From IMG/VR virus record IMGVR_UViG_3300037473_000050, positions 1 to 40,413 of that record: a stretch of 40,413 bases of DNA; one strand, written 5' to 3'. This document shows, piece after piece, positions 1 to 8,895 of this stretch. The position numbers and the translations under genes were made by a program. The notes beneath the pieces were generated by a model. It did not search any database and was not told the DNA's origin. It was given only the letters and a program-made list of their open reading frames with translations. Every line of letters begins with the position of its first letter. Position 1 is the stretch's first letter. This stretch comes from a virus (lineage: Duplodnaviria > Caudoviricetes).

Positions 1-109
1 GTCTTCGCGTTCGATCAGCACAGCATTCAGCCATATCGCCTCCCACCTCCAGTCTCCCTCTCGACGGATCTCCATCCGCTCGGCATTGGTGAGCCGCAAT
101 TCGGGGGTG

Positions 110-337
110 TCAGTCGACATGGGTGGGCTCCTCGGGTTTCTTCGTGAATCCTCGTGACGTATCCCGCGCTGGATCAAAAGGACCGTCCAGCACGAATCCG
201 AACGCAGCCGCGAGGTCGTCGGCTCGAATCCAATCGCCCCACGGATCTTCTTCCATCTCTTCGCCGCGCCAGTCCTTCACAACCAGATCGTGGCGCGTCA
301 GTGAGTTCAGGATTTCGAGTATTTTTTCGGGGTGCAT
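110..337 (-). CDS. hypothetical phage protein
   Basis: ORF 110..463; internal ATG at 337 (MHPEKILE) avoids overlap with the upstream gene; no family recognised. Confidence 0.45.
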   Translation of the reverse strand: MHPEKILEILNSLTRHDLVVKDWRGEEMEEDPWGDWIRADDLAAAFGFVLDGPFDPARDTSRGFTKKPEEPTHVD

Positions 338-362
338 CCGTCCAATCCTCAGGGAGTCTCGA

Positions 363-806
363 TCAGCCGTTATTCCGAATCTCGTTCCGCACCCGTTCGA
401 CAACGTCGATCGCCTTTTGGACGTTCTCGGTGGTTTGCGTTCCGACTGGGGGCTTCGGCTCAAGGAACGCCCTGATTCGCTTCTGGAGGCCTTCCAAGTC
501 CTCGTCGCAATAGTTCTCGTGCCAGTCGGCGGCGTCTTCGAGGAGCTTCAGCGCATCCCTGTGCTGCTCCTCATACTCGTCGATGATGTATGCCGCCCCA
601 GTTCCGGGACTCTGGAACTTCCCGCTCGTGACGTGCAGGTAGACTTTGCTGACTTCGCTCTCGACGGATTGGTGGTATTCGAGCTTCGCGGCGAGCTGGC
701 GAAGGCACGCCGCCACGCGCAACCGCTCGGACCAGTTCCCGGATTCGAGGTATTCGGCCCACTTGATCGGATCTTCGGTCATGATCGGGATCGGCTTATC
801 CATCAC
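363..806 (-). CDS. hypothetical phage protein
   Basis: 147-aa ORF with a 4-nt start/stop overlap with the upstream gene. Confidence 0.55.
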   Translation of the reverse strand: MMDKPIPIMTEDPIKWAEYLESGNWSERLRVAACLRQLAAKLEYHQSVESEVSKVYLHVTSGKFQSPGTGAAYIIDEYEEQHRDALKLLEDAADWHENYCDEDLEGLQKRIRAFLEPKPPVGTQTTENVQKAIDVVERVRNEIRNNG

Positions 807-1087
807 CCGGCCCTCGCAATCTCAAACTCCGAGCACGTCACCCGTACCCGATCCTCCATGACGTAGGCGAACTTGCCGCCGAACTCCTTCGCGGCCATCT
901 TCGCCGACTCAATCGCGGCAGCCTCGTTCATGTGCGTTCCTCCGTAGAGGAACGGGGTATCGTCGACTCCGGTACCGACCACAACCACGCGGAAACGAGT
1001 GTTGAAAGTTCCCATTTCTTTCCTTTGCATTACAGAGACGGCTGAGTGTGGATTCTTAGTGATTCGCGGCAACGGCAGCCCGCTCAC
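803..1087 (-). CDS. hypothetical phage protein
   Basis: 94-aa ORF tightly packed in the minus-strand gene run. Confidence 0.5.
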   Translation of the reverse strand: MSGLPLPRITKNPHSAVSVMQRKEMGTFNTRFRVVVVGTGVDDTPFLYGGTHMNEAAAIESAKMAAKEFGGKFAYVMEDRVRVTCSEFEIARAG

Positions 1088-1592
1088 CGACAGCCTTCAC
1101 GAAGCCCGGCCAGAGCTTCCTGGCGAACTGCAACGCATCGTTGGGCCAGTCCTGCGAACTGATATCGCACCAGTCGACCTCGGCCGCCTGAATCGCGTCA
1201 GAATCGAACAGTGACTTCAGTGCCCATTCGCCGCTCAATCCATCGTCTTCGACTTCCTGCACGGCTTCCCACGCATCCCTGGCAACATCCCGGCTGATGT
1301 TTTCGGCGCGGCGGTTCTGAAGAATCTCGGACCTGACGGCCTCGATGCCCTTCTCGGCACTGGGAACCATCGTGCAGATTTTCCCCAGCAGATAGTCTTG
1401 CTCGATGTCCGCGATGAACGCGGCGAACGGCTCCCCCATGTGGGACCAGTAGTGACCGAACACGCCATAGCTCGACACGCAACACCACGTTGCGAAGAAC
1501 CGTGGTCGTCCGTCGCTGGTCTTTCCTTCGCCGGCCTCGACGAAGAATGTGCCGTACTCGCCGTTTTCGCGGATATCGTAGACCTCTGGCAT
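1056..1592 (-). CDS. hypothetical phage protein
   Basis: 178-aa ORF; GAGGAG Shine-Dalgarno upstream; protein-like composition. Confidence 0.65.
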   Translation of the reverse strand: MPEVYDIRENGEYGTFFVEAGEGKTSDGRPRFFATWCCVSSYGVFGHYWSHMGEPFAAFIADIEQDYLLGKICTMVPSAEKGIEAVRSEILQNRRAENISRDVARDAWEAVQEVEDDGLSGEWALKSLFDSDAIQAAEVDWCDISSQDWPNDALQFARKLWPGFVKAVGERAAVAANH

Positions 1593-1662
1593 CTTGGCTC
1601 ATCTCCTCGAAAGTGCTGTTGGGTTATCCGCTTACTGTCTCGGTGGGGGGGCTGGTTACGGG

Positions 1663-1830
1663 TCAGCGGCAAATGGCTGGTTCGCCGATATCGAGCACGT
1701 CGACCGTCTCTTCGTCGCGCGCCTCGACGATCTCTTCGCGGTCGTATCTGTCGCGGGCCTCGATTGCCGTCTCAGCCTCGACGACCACCACGCAACTGAC
1801 CAGCTTCGTTACCGGGATCTGCCAGAACAT
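1663..1830 (-). CDS. small acidic hypothetical protein (55 aa, below ORF-track cutoff)
   Basis: ATG at 1830 overlaps the upstream stop; MFWQIPVTKLVSCVVVVEAETAIEARDRYDREE... Confidence 0.45.
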   Translation of the reverse strand: MFWQIPVTKLVSCVVVVEAETAIEARDRYDREEIVEARDEETVDVLDIGEPAICR

Positions 1831-2036
1831 CACGCACCTCCCCGCCGCTCGATGATGTCCGCGAGGTGCTGCAGCTCGCGGCCAAGCTGGTGCTTCGAGT
1901 CACTGAGGCACGACTCCCCAAGGCCCGGCGGACAGAGCCTCTGTCCGTTCCCCCGAAGAAAGTCGACGATATCGGACGTCGTCATGTCACCGTGGGTTAA
2001 AATCAATCCCGTGTAATCCGTGTGTGTAGCCATCAC
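1830..2036 (-). CDS. hypothetical protein
   Basis: 68-aa ORF overlapping the stop of the clamp gene. Confidence 0.45.
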   Translation of the reverse strand: MMATHTDYTGLILTHGDMTTSDIVDFLRGNGQRLCPPGLGESCLSDSKHQLGRELQHLADIIERRGGA

Positions 2037-3181
2037 TGCCTTTCCTTGACTGATGCCAGATACTTATGGGTGCCGCACTCAAAGCCGACGGGGCTCTGCA
2101 CGTCACGCCCTTCGTTTGGAACTCTCACAACAACCGACTCGCCCTTTTCCCTCATTCGTAAAAACGCCAGAACCGCCGCCGGCCTGAGTGAGAACGCGGC
2201 AGGGGGGGCGTCCCACGGCACGGGGATCTCAATCAGCGCCATGCCTTCACTTGGCCCTGTTGAATGAATCGTCAGTGATCCATCGGAAAACTCGAAGTCG
2301 GCAAACGACGTGTCGATCGATGTCGTCACCTCGGCCTGCTTGAGGACTCTTTCAAGCACATCACACAGGATCGGAACCTCTATCGCAGTCATCCCGAACT
2401 TGCCCATGAAGAATGTCGGCCAGCTCCCTGCCGCCATTCGGGCCGTTGCGAATCGGGGACCAACGATCGCGATTGACGAATCAGAAACATTCAGCGTCAC
2501 ATCGCCAGACGACTCATCCAGAACCGCCAGCAACGCCTTGCACCCCTTCTGCGTGACAAGGATCGACGTGGCGGGCTTACTGCCGACAATGTCAGCCTGA
2601 AATCCGTCCCACGAAATGTTGGTGCAGTTCGTTCCGTAGACGTTTACGAGACCGATAGCCAAGCTGAAGAAGACGTGTTCGGTGGCATGACTGCGGAAGG
2701 CTCCGCACGTCGGCATCGTTCGCCGGAGGCATCTGGCGATTTCCGAGGCCGTCGCTGTAATCGACAGGCCGCCCTCGGTGGCGCTCACCTGCGGAAACTT
2801 CGATGGGTCAGCGCACGGAAGTTCGAATAGCGAGCCACCGCACTCGACGTGAAGCGTCGACCCAGCCTTCCACATCCGGACCTTGTCGTCGGCAAGCAGG
2901 GACACCAGAGACTTCAGGCGAGCAAACAGGACAACCGCCTCTCCAGTGGCGTCGACAGTGCAGCCATCAACCTCGATCCGCATCCCGATCTCACAATCCG
3001 TCGTCTCCACGACGACACATGTCGTTGCGTAGATCCGAACGCAATAAAGAATCTCCATCGGGGTTCGCGTCGGGACAGCCGCCCCTGCAATATTCAATGC
3101 CGCAAGCAGGCTTTGCCGGTCGCAAGAGACTTCCATGCTGGGCGCTGCCGTCTTCGGCTGTCTTTGTGTCGCTGTCGCCAT
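2033..3181 (-). CDS. dnaN: DNA polymerase III beta sliding clamp-like protein
   Basis: 382 aa; N-terminus DRQSLLAALNIAGAAVPTRTPMEILYCV, then TDCEIG, GEAVV and F.LPCADPSKFP, typical of beta clamps; C-terminus divergent. Confidence 0.8.
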   Translation of the reverse strand: MATATQRQPKTAAPSMEVSCDRQSLLAALNIAGAAVPTRTPMEILYCVRIYATTCVVVETTDCEIGMRIEVDGCTVDATGEAVVLFARLKSLVSLLADDKVRMWKAGSTLHVECGGSLFELPCADPSKFPQVSATEGGLSITATASEIARCLRRTMPTCGAFRSHATEHVFFSLAIGLVNVYGTNCTNISWDGFQADIVGSKPATSILVTQKGCKALLAVLDESSGDVTLNVSDSSIAIVGPRFATARMAAGSWPTFFMGKFGMTAIEVPILCDVLERVLKQAEVTTSIDTSFADFEFSDGSLTIHSTGPSEGMALIEIPVPWDAPPAAFSLRPAAVLAFLRMREKGESVVVRVPNEGRDVQSPVGFECGTHKYLASVKERQ

Positions 3182-3245
3182 TGTCGGCTGACTCCTGAGT
3201 TAAATTCCCGCGTTTTCGTTCGAATAACGGCTGAGACGTGATCAA

Positions 3246-3785
3246 CTACGCCTTCACCTTCCGCTTCTTCTTCACCGGACCGTTCCGCAGCGTCTCGATC
3301 ACTTCCCGCTGCGCCGCGTTGTCCGGCTCCTGCTGTCCCGAGTAGCACAAGCCGATCTGTGCCAGGACAAAGGCGTCTGTTTCGTCGCTGGTCGCAAACT
3401 CGATGCCCCATCGCTTGAACGCCGCCACGGCAATCGCTGTCTTGTCTGCGTTTCCTTTACCGGTGGCGAATTTCTTGAGTTGCGATGGCGTCACCTCCAC
3501 AACGTCCGGCGTTATCTCCAGCAGCTTCATTCTCAGGATGCCGCCGTACTCAGCGAGATTCGTGACGGCATCGCCCCTTGATCCGAAGCTGTAGTCTTCC
3601 AGCATCACGCGAGCGTTCAGCGGCACGGCATTGACTACCGTGTTCGCCAGCGTGATAAATCGCAGCATGCGTCCTCGTAGCCCTTCTGCCGGGACCGACG
3701 AAAATCGCTCCGGGTTGTTGCCGGCAACGCACACCGCCGTCCCGGTCAACGACGGATCTATGCCCACTACGACTGTCTTGCTCAT
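3246..3785 (-). CDS. ruvC: RuvC-like Holliday junction resolvase
   Basis: VVGIDPSLTGT, MLEDY, PSQLKKFATGKGNADK and DETDA catalytic motifs. Confidence 0.9.
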   Translation of the reverse strand: MSKTVVVGIDPSLTGTAVCVAGNNPERFSSVPAEGLRGRMLRFITLANTVVNAVPLNARVMLEDYSFGSRGDAVTNLAEYGGILRMKLLEITPDVVEVTPSQLKKFATGKGNADKTAIAVAAFKRWGIEFATSDETDAFVLAQIGLCYSGQQEPDNAAQREVIETLRNGPVKKKRKVKA

Positions 3786-3979
3786 GCTTCCTCCCTGTGT
3801 GGTTCCGCCCCGTCACTCCCCGCACGACGACGGGTGATCTCCTCGGAAATGTTGTCGATCAGCTCTGCGATACTATCGAAGCTCAACGTGTACAGAGCGT
3901 ATTCGCGGCGGCGGTATATTGCCGCTCGCACCCTCAGCAACGCCAGCACATCGTCCACAGTCCGGATTGGTGAGGTCAT
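3782..3979 (-). CDS. hypothetical protein
   Basis: 65-aa ORF with 4-nt overlaps on both sides; AAGGAG SD. Confidence 0.5.
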   Translation of the reverse strand: MTSPIRTVDDVLALLRVRAAIYRRREYALYTLSFDSIAELIDNISEEITRRRAGSDGAEPHREEA

Positions 3980-4383
3980 GGGGTCTCCTTCGGCGTGGCG
4001 TGCATCCCGGCGCAGATCGCCTCAAGCAGCGTGGAACAATCAACCGCAGGTCCGTCCGTCAACCCCCAGATTCGCTTGCAGCCGTTGTCCCAGTCCGTGC
4101 CAGCCTCAATCATCCTGCCGTTTGGCAACTCGATGTTGGCGTCCTCGTCTGCGAAGTGCCGTTTCTCAAGTGCATAGACAGCGAAGTCTCGCTCTCGTTT
4201 CGTGAGTTCATACGAGCACCGTGCCGCCGTCAGGAACACGCTGTTCGTGGATGCTTCCGATTCCAGTTTCCTCACCCGCGCCACTGCCTGCCGGAGGGCT
4301 GAGGCGAGGGACTGCACGTCGCGATTCGACGGCCATCTCCATGAAGCCTCATCCGCCAACTTCATAATCTCGTCGTCACTCAC
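3976..4383 (-). CDS. hypothetical protein
   Basis: ORF 3976..4407; GTG at 4383 follows GGAGGT. Confidence 0.5.
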   Translation of the reverse strand: MSDDEIMKLADEASWRWPSNRDVQSLASALRQAVARVRKLESEASTNSVFLTAARCSYELTKRERDFAVYALEKRHFADEDANIELPNGRMIEAGTDWDNGCKRIWGLTDGPAVDCSTLLEAICAGMHATPKETP

Positions 4384-4600
4384 AGCACACCTCCCCTGTC
4401 GGCTCAATCCCCATCCTCCGCATCAACGCCCGCCGCGTCTCGTCGCCTTGCTCTGTCCCGAACGCCGCGCACATCCGGTATGCCAGCACCTCGAACGACA
4501 CGAACCGCTCGGGCTCCGGCTTCTTCAGGCTTGACGCTCGCGGGAGTCGCGTGCAGTGGTTGTCGATGTGGTGCGCCTTGGTTGGCGTTACGGTTGGCAT
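4376..4600 (-). CDS. hypothetical protein
   Basis: packed ORF; start uncertain. Confidence 0.35.
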   Translation of the reverse strand: MPTVTPTKAHHIDNHCTRLPRASSLKKPEPERFVSFEVLAYRMCAAFGTEQGDETRRALMRRMGIEPTGEVCCE

Positions 4601-4875
4601 TCGTGGACCCACCTTTCGTGACCAAGACTACCCGCTCTCTGAAGCATCAGGCGATGAGCCGTCGCAATCTCGCCGCCGCTCTCATGCAGTCGCCATCCCT
4701 GCTCTCTCAGCGTCTGCCGCAGCTTGTCGAGGGGGGACGGCTGGAGGGCTGCAACTGCAGTACCGAGCCCGCCGGGAATGTAGTTCTTGTTCACGGCAAG
4801 CGTTGACCACTCCAGCAGCTCCCGCGTCTTGCTCGCCAGCTCCGCGTGGTCCATCGAATCCAAGTGGTCAGACAT
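4588..4875 (-). CDS. hypothetical protein
   Basis: ATG at 4875 (MSDHLDS) after AAGGAG. Confidence 0.5.
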   Translation of the reverse strand: MSDHLDSMDHAELASKTRELLEWSTLAVNKNYIPGGLGTAVAALQPSPLDKLRQTLREQGWRLHESGGEIATAHRLMLQRAGSLGHERWVHECQP

Positions 4876-5284
4876 CGGTGGTCTCCTTTCCGTATTCAGG
4901 GTGCATGTCGTGCATGTGTGCCGAAAGCTGTTTGAAGGTGCGATGGCAGCAGGGACATACGCCGGCACCGATCCGCTTTTTCAGTTTCGTCTGCTGTCCC
5001 TTGGCGGCACTGAGTTGCCTATCACGCTGTGCAATGGCTTCGCGGGCGTCACGAATTCGAGCGTCCTTCTGATCAACCTGCTGCTTCAACGATGCGTTCT
5101 CGCGCTGAAGGCGCTTTACCGTCGTGTCGCAAAAGCACTGGCTATGCCCCGATGGGCAGTAGAACTCTTCGCCGGTGTCGACCCAGCGACTCTTCGTCCG
5201 CTGGTCCACCGCAAAAAGCATGTGGCACTTGTAGCACTCCAGAGTTACGAAGGTTTCCGTAAACGAAAGCATCGTCGTCGCCAT
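4868..5284 (-). CDS. zinc-finger and coiled-coil protein
   Basis: From ATG 5284: CYKC...FYCPSGH, a coiled coil, then C2H2-like CPCCHRTFKQLSAHMHDMH. Confidence 0.65.
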   Translation of the reverse strand: MATTMLSFTETFVTLECYKCHMLFAVDQRTKSRWVDTGEEFYCPSGHSQCFCDTTVKRLQRENASLKQQVDQKDARIRDAREAIAQRDRQLSAAKGQQTKLKKRIGAGVCPCCHRTFKQLSAHMHDMHPEYGKETTDV

Positions 5285-5754
5285 CACCCTTGCTCCTTTC
5301 CCAACAGGTCCACCAACTGTTTCCAGTACGGGCGCATCCAGTCGCCCGGCAACCACAAGTCGCCGAGGCTCTCCACCCACGACACAACCTGCTTCCCGCT
5401 TGCCTGAGTCCAGAACGCAACGTCCGCTTCGCCTTTGAGGCACTTCACCAGCATGCACAGCACTCGTCCGCACTGGATGTGGCGGTGAAAGAATCGATGA
5501 TGGTAGGCGCTCAGCATCATGAAGTTGGACACGTCGTCCCGGCGCTTGAAAATGTGATTCAGCTCGACTCCCATAATCGCCGTCATGTCCACCGGACGCC
5601 CCACCCACACCTCGATCCCCGGCAGGTACTTGCTCCATTCGTCGTCGGCATTGGCCTCGCGGTACGCCTGCCGCAGCTCCGGGTTCTGATGCCGTGGCGT
5701 CTTGCGGGTGCGCTTCATGGCTGTGCGTTTGAGCGGGGTGCGGCGCTTCATCAT
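5284..5754 (-). CDS. degenerate HNH-like/NinG-like nuclease family protein
   Basis: Basic N-terminus MKRRTPLKRT; ELNHIFKRRDDVSNFMMLSAYHHRFFH resembles an HNH core. Confidence 0.5.
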   Translation of the reverse strand: MMKRRTPLKRTAMKRTRKTPRHQNPELRQAYREANADDEWSKYLPGIEVWVGRPVDMTAIMGVELNHIFKRRDDVSNFMMLSAYHHRFFHRHIQCGRVLCMLVKCLKGEADVAFWTQASGKQVVSWVESLGDLWLPGDWMRPYWKQLVDLLGKEQG

Positions 5755-5981
5755 GAATTCCCGTTGGCTGCTGCGATCACGTCCCAAAGGAAGCTCGCGT
5801 GCGGATCGGAAACCACCTGCTCATAGACTGTCGTTGCCTCTTCCTTCACCTGTTCCGGCGCTTCGACGTACCCATAGAGAGTGCCGCCGTCTCGCTCGTT
5901 ACCGCTATCGGCGATTCTCTGATACTCCGACTTCTTGAACTTCACTTCGTTGATCGCCTGAATTCTGATCATGTACTTCAT
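5751..5981 (-). CDS. hypothetical protein
   Basis: 76-aa ORF with 4-nt overlaps on both sides. Confidence 0.55.
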   Translation of the reverse strand: MKYMIRIQAINEVKFKKSEYQRIADSGNERDGGTLYGYVEAPEQVKEEATTVYEQVVSDPHASFLWDVIAAANGNS

Positions 5982-6214
5982 GGATTCCCTTTCGTTTCCG
6001 GTGCCTGCTCCACAACCCTGATCGCCCTCGACTTGCCAGCCTCACGCACGATCTGCTTCTTCTTCTCCAACGCCTTCAGGTGGCAGCACACGCCGTTCGT
6101 TGTCTTGATCCCGAACTCAGCCCCGATCTCCCGCACCGTCGGCGGGTAGCCACGAGAGGCGATCGACGTGCGGATGTAGGCGAGGATGGCGGACTGCTTT
6201 GTGGTGAGGGTCAT
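5978..6214 (-). CDS. LexA N-terminal DNA-binding domain protein (no peptidase domain)
   Basis: LTTKQSAILAYI...GYPPTVREIGAEFGIKTTNGVCCHLKALEKK...SRAIRV matches the LexA winged helix. Confidence 0.85.
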   Translation of the reverse strand: MTLTTKQSAILAYIRTSIASRGYPPTVREIGAEFGIKTTNGVCCHLKALEKKKQIVREAGKSRAIRVVEQAPETKGNP

Positions 6215-7632
6215 CGGTATCGCTCCGGCGTCACGTCGTACTGCCCGCCCGGAGGCGTCAAGTAACTCGCCGATCGGTATTCCATCGTGGGACCGTCCCA
6301 GTACAGTTTCACTTCGCCAGTCTTCCCGTTGCGATGCTTGCGGATGTAGAGCGTTGCCTCGTGCTCGTCAGCCATCGGGTCGTATGATCGAGGGCGGTCG
6401 ATCATCATCACCAAGTCTGCGTCCTGCTCGATGCTTCCCGATTCCCGTAGGTCGGAGAGTTGGGGTGTCTTGTCGTTTCGCAGCTCGATTTGCCGATTGA
6501 GCTGAGCGAGGCAGATGATTGCGATCTTGAGTTCCTTCGCCAGATTCTTGAGCCCGCGGCTGATCACCGACACCTGCTGCTCGCGTGGCACCCGGCGGTC
6601 GAATGGTTCGATGAACTGCAGGTAGTCGACGACGACGAGCCTCGTCTTGTGCTTCCGTTGCAGCAGCCGCGTCACCGATGCGATCGTCTGGACCGTCCTC
6701 CCAGGTGTGGCGTCGATCTGCACCGGATACTGGGACGCCGCCGAGGCGTTCATATTCAGCCGGTCGAGCATGTCCTCCGATTGGTAGTTCTTCCGCATCT
6801 CGTCGAGCGAGACGTGAGCCTCCATCGAAAGGATTCGTTCCGCGACTTCGATCTCCGACTGCTCCAGGGAGAAGAACGTCACCGGAACCTTGGCGCGGGC
6901 GGCGTGCAGCAGCATCCGAATTGCGAGGGCCGTCTTGCCAACGCTGGGTCTGGCAGCCAGCACGTTGAAACTCCCCGGCTGAAAACCGTTCGTCAGCTTG
7001 TCCAGATCATCGAAGCCGCTCGTGACGCCGAACGTCGTCCCCGCCCCGATGCGGTTGATTGCGTCGAGGAGCATGCCCTCGATCGAGGTGTCAAGTATTC
7101 CCGTCTGCCGTTCCAGCGTGTCGTGGAGCTTCCCCTCGACAGTGCCGATGACTGCGTCAATTTCCCGAAGCTCGTCCTCCGCCCCGATAATCCCGTCAAT
7201 GCAGGCTGACACCGTCGCCCGTCGTAGCGCCTTCTCGCGAATCGTCTCGGCGTAGGTCACGGCATGCGCGGCATGCGGCAGCTTTTCGGCACACTGAGCG
7301 AGGAATTCCACCCCGCCGATTTCCTCAAGCTGCCCCTTCGCCTGCAGGTAGTCCGCCAACGTCACGTCGTCGATCGGCTTGTGCTTGGACCGCATGTGTA
7401 CGATCGCTTCAAACACCATCCGACATTCCGGCAGGTAGAAATCCTCCTTCGACACGGAGTCCGCGACTTCGTCGACGCGATTCGGCTCGATCAGCAGTGC
7501 CGCCACGAGTGACATTTCCGCCTCGATGCTATGGGGGGCTGGTCGGGATGTCTGACCGGAACGCGTTGGCGAGGATTCCCGCCGCGCCTGCGTGCCCGTT
7601 TGCTGCCTGTTGCCATTTCCTGATTCGCCCAC
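6211..7632 (-). CDS. dnaB: replicative DNA helicase
   Basis: PHSIEAE N-terminus, Walker A AARPSVGKT, FSLEQ, VVDYLQ, LAQLNR, LSDLRESGSIEQDAD, KHRNG; GTG 7632 after GGAG is the likely start (ORF extends to 7803). Confidence 0.95.
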   Translation of the reverse strand: MGESGNGNRQQTGTQARRESSPTRSGQTSRPAPHSIEAEMSLVAALLIEPNRVDEVADSVSKEDFYLPECRMVFEAIVHMRSKHKPIDDVTLADYLQAKGQLEEIGGVEFLAQCAEKLPHAAHAVTYAETIREKALRRATVSACIDGIIGAEDELREIDAVIGTVEGKLHDTLERQTGILDTSIEGMLLDAINRIGAGTTFGVTSGFDDLDKLTNGFQPGSFNVLAARPSVGKTALAIRMLLHAARAKVPVTFFSLEQSEIEVAERILSMEAHVSLDEMRKNYQSEDMLDRLNMNASAASQYPVQIDATPGRTVQTIASVTRLLQRKHKTRLVVVDYLQFIEPFDRRVPREQQVSVISRGLKNLAKELKIAIICLAQLNRQIELRNDKTPQLSDLRESGSIEQDADLVMMIDRPRSYDPMADEHEATLYIRKHRNGKTGEVKLYWDGPTMEYRSASYLTPPGGQYDVTPERYR

Positions 7633-8377
7633 GCGACCGCTCCATCTGCTCGCCGGTGAGTTCGTCCCACCGTCGATCGAAAACGATTGCCGAAAACAAC
7701 CCGAGGGGATTCTTGAATCCAGGCTTCGTCGCCGCGACGTGCAGCGCGTGCTCTGCCGCCCCGAGGAAATTCTGCCGCCCGATGTCCGTGTCCAATTCGC
7801 CATAGCCCGACTCCGCCAGCTTTTGAGAAATGCCGATGAGCTTTTCGGTATCCTTCAGGTCGTTGAGCTCCAGTCGCTCAGCAGCCAGCAGCCTCTTCAG
7901 ATTTTTCAAATCAGCAGGACCAGCAGACTGCTGTTCTGAAAGAACAGCTACTCTGCTCTGCTCTTCTCTGCTCTCTGCTCTGCTCTTCTCTGCTCTGGAC
8001 GCCGTTTTGAAGCCGTCGCGTGGCTTCAATTTGGCTTCACGACGGCTTCGTTGTTGCTTCATTTTCACCGCTCTGGTTTTCGCTCCGTCGCTCATATGGT
8101 CATTGAACTTAGGGAAAACCACACAGTCGTCCTTGATCTCCAGCCAGCACACAGCGGACATCGCAATAGCGAATCCGTCGCGCGAAACTTTCTTGTCAAT
8201 CCAGCGCGCCGTGATGCCCATTGCAATGCCATCTGACGTTTGTTGATTCGCCCACGACCACAATCGATGCAGCTTCCCGACGACCAGGTCTTCCTCAATT
8301 CCGAGTGACGCAGCCATTGCCACAACAGCCGGATCGTCGGCAAGGTCCACTCGCATCTTGATCCAGTCGCCAGCCAT
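7529..8377 (-). CDS. phage replication initiator / replisome organiser
   Basis: MAGDWIKMRVDLADDPAV...VGKLHRLWSWA N-terminus typical of phage initiators; lies directly upstream of dnaB; internal repeats. Confidence 0.75.
   Translation of the reverse strand: MAGDWIKMRVDLADDPAVVAMAASLGIEEDLVVGKLHRLWSWANQQTSDGIAMGITARWIDKKVSRDGFAIAMSAVCWLEIKDDCVVFPKFNDHMSDGAKTRAVKMKQQRSRREAKLKPRDGFKTASRAEKSRAESREEQSRVAVLSEQQSAGPADLKNLKRLLAAERLELNDLKDTEKLIGISQKLAESGYGELDTDIGRQNFLGAAEHALHVAATKPGFKNPLGLFSAIVFDRRWDELTGEQMERSRGRIRKWQQAANGHAGAAGILANAFRSDIPTSPP
7930..7996. repeat. candidate replication origin inside the initiator gene
   Basis: Two perfect tandem 22-mers CTCTGCTCTGCTCTTCTCTGCT (7951-7972, 7973-7994) and inverted repeat GCTGTTCT-GAA-AGAACAGC (7930-7948). 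Confidence 0.6.
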
Positions 8378-8646
8378 CAACCGCCGACCTCCTGGTGGAG
8401 CTGACGTTCCACCTCCGCGACGTACCACCCGCCGCCCACCTGAGCGATGATCCGCAGCCATCCGAGCGAACCGCGGACTGCAACCTTGTCACCGGGCTTC
8501 GCCAGAAAGCCGTCCAGCCTCGCCACGGCGTTCAAGAGGTAAAGTATGGAATCTTTCCCCTGAACCCTTTCGCGGCGTTCCTGAAGGCAGCAGAGCAGCC
8601 GAAATGCGTCGTGCCGCTTCAGGTAGATGACGTGTTCGTTTGACAT
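8377..8646 (-). CDS. hypothetical protein
   Basis: ATG 8646 after GGAGGT; stop overlaps the initiator start. Confidence 0.55.
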   Translation of the reverse strand: MSNEHVIYLKRHDAFRLLCCLQERRERVQGKDSILYLLNAVARLDGFLAKPGDKVAVRGSLGWLRIIAQVGGGWYVAEVERQLHQEVGG

Positions 8647-8661
8647 GCGACCTCCATTCAG

Positions 8662-8738
8662 TGCTGGCGGCAGGAGTCGAACCTGCAACTACCGATCGTC
8701 GTCACGAACGGCGCTTCTGCCATTTGAGCTACACCAGC
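8662..8738 (-). tRNA. tRNA-like RNA (Thr-like acceptor; aberrant anticodon arm; no encoded CCA)
   Basis: Acceptor GCTGGTG/CGCCAGC, TAGCTCAAATGG D-loop, T arm GCAGG-TTCGACT-CCTGC, discriminator A. Confidence 0.7.
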
Positions 8739-8895
8739 ATTTGCCGGCCCCCGAAGGAACCGGCTGCGCCCACGCATCGCCAGCCTGAGCAAGCCGACCG
8801 CGTTTCTCTGAACGCGATGTAAGTCACGCCTCGGTTCTTGCACTCGGCCCCGAAGGGAGCGGTGCCCGGATACGGCGCGTGCCCGGTCCAATTGG

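Noticed and set aside
8662-8890. tmRNA or Y-RNA identity for the tRNA-like element
   Set aside because: No G3-U70 pair, no tag reading frame inside the element, and it is not permuted
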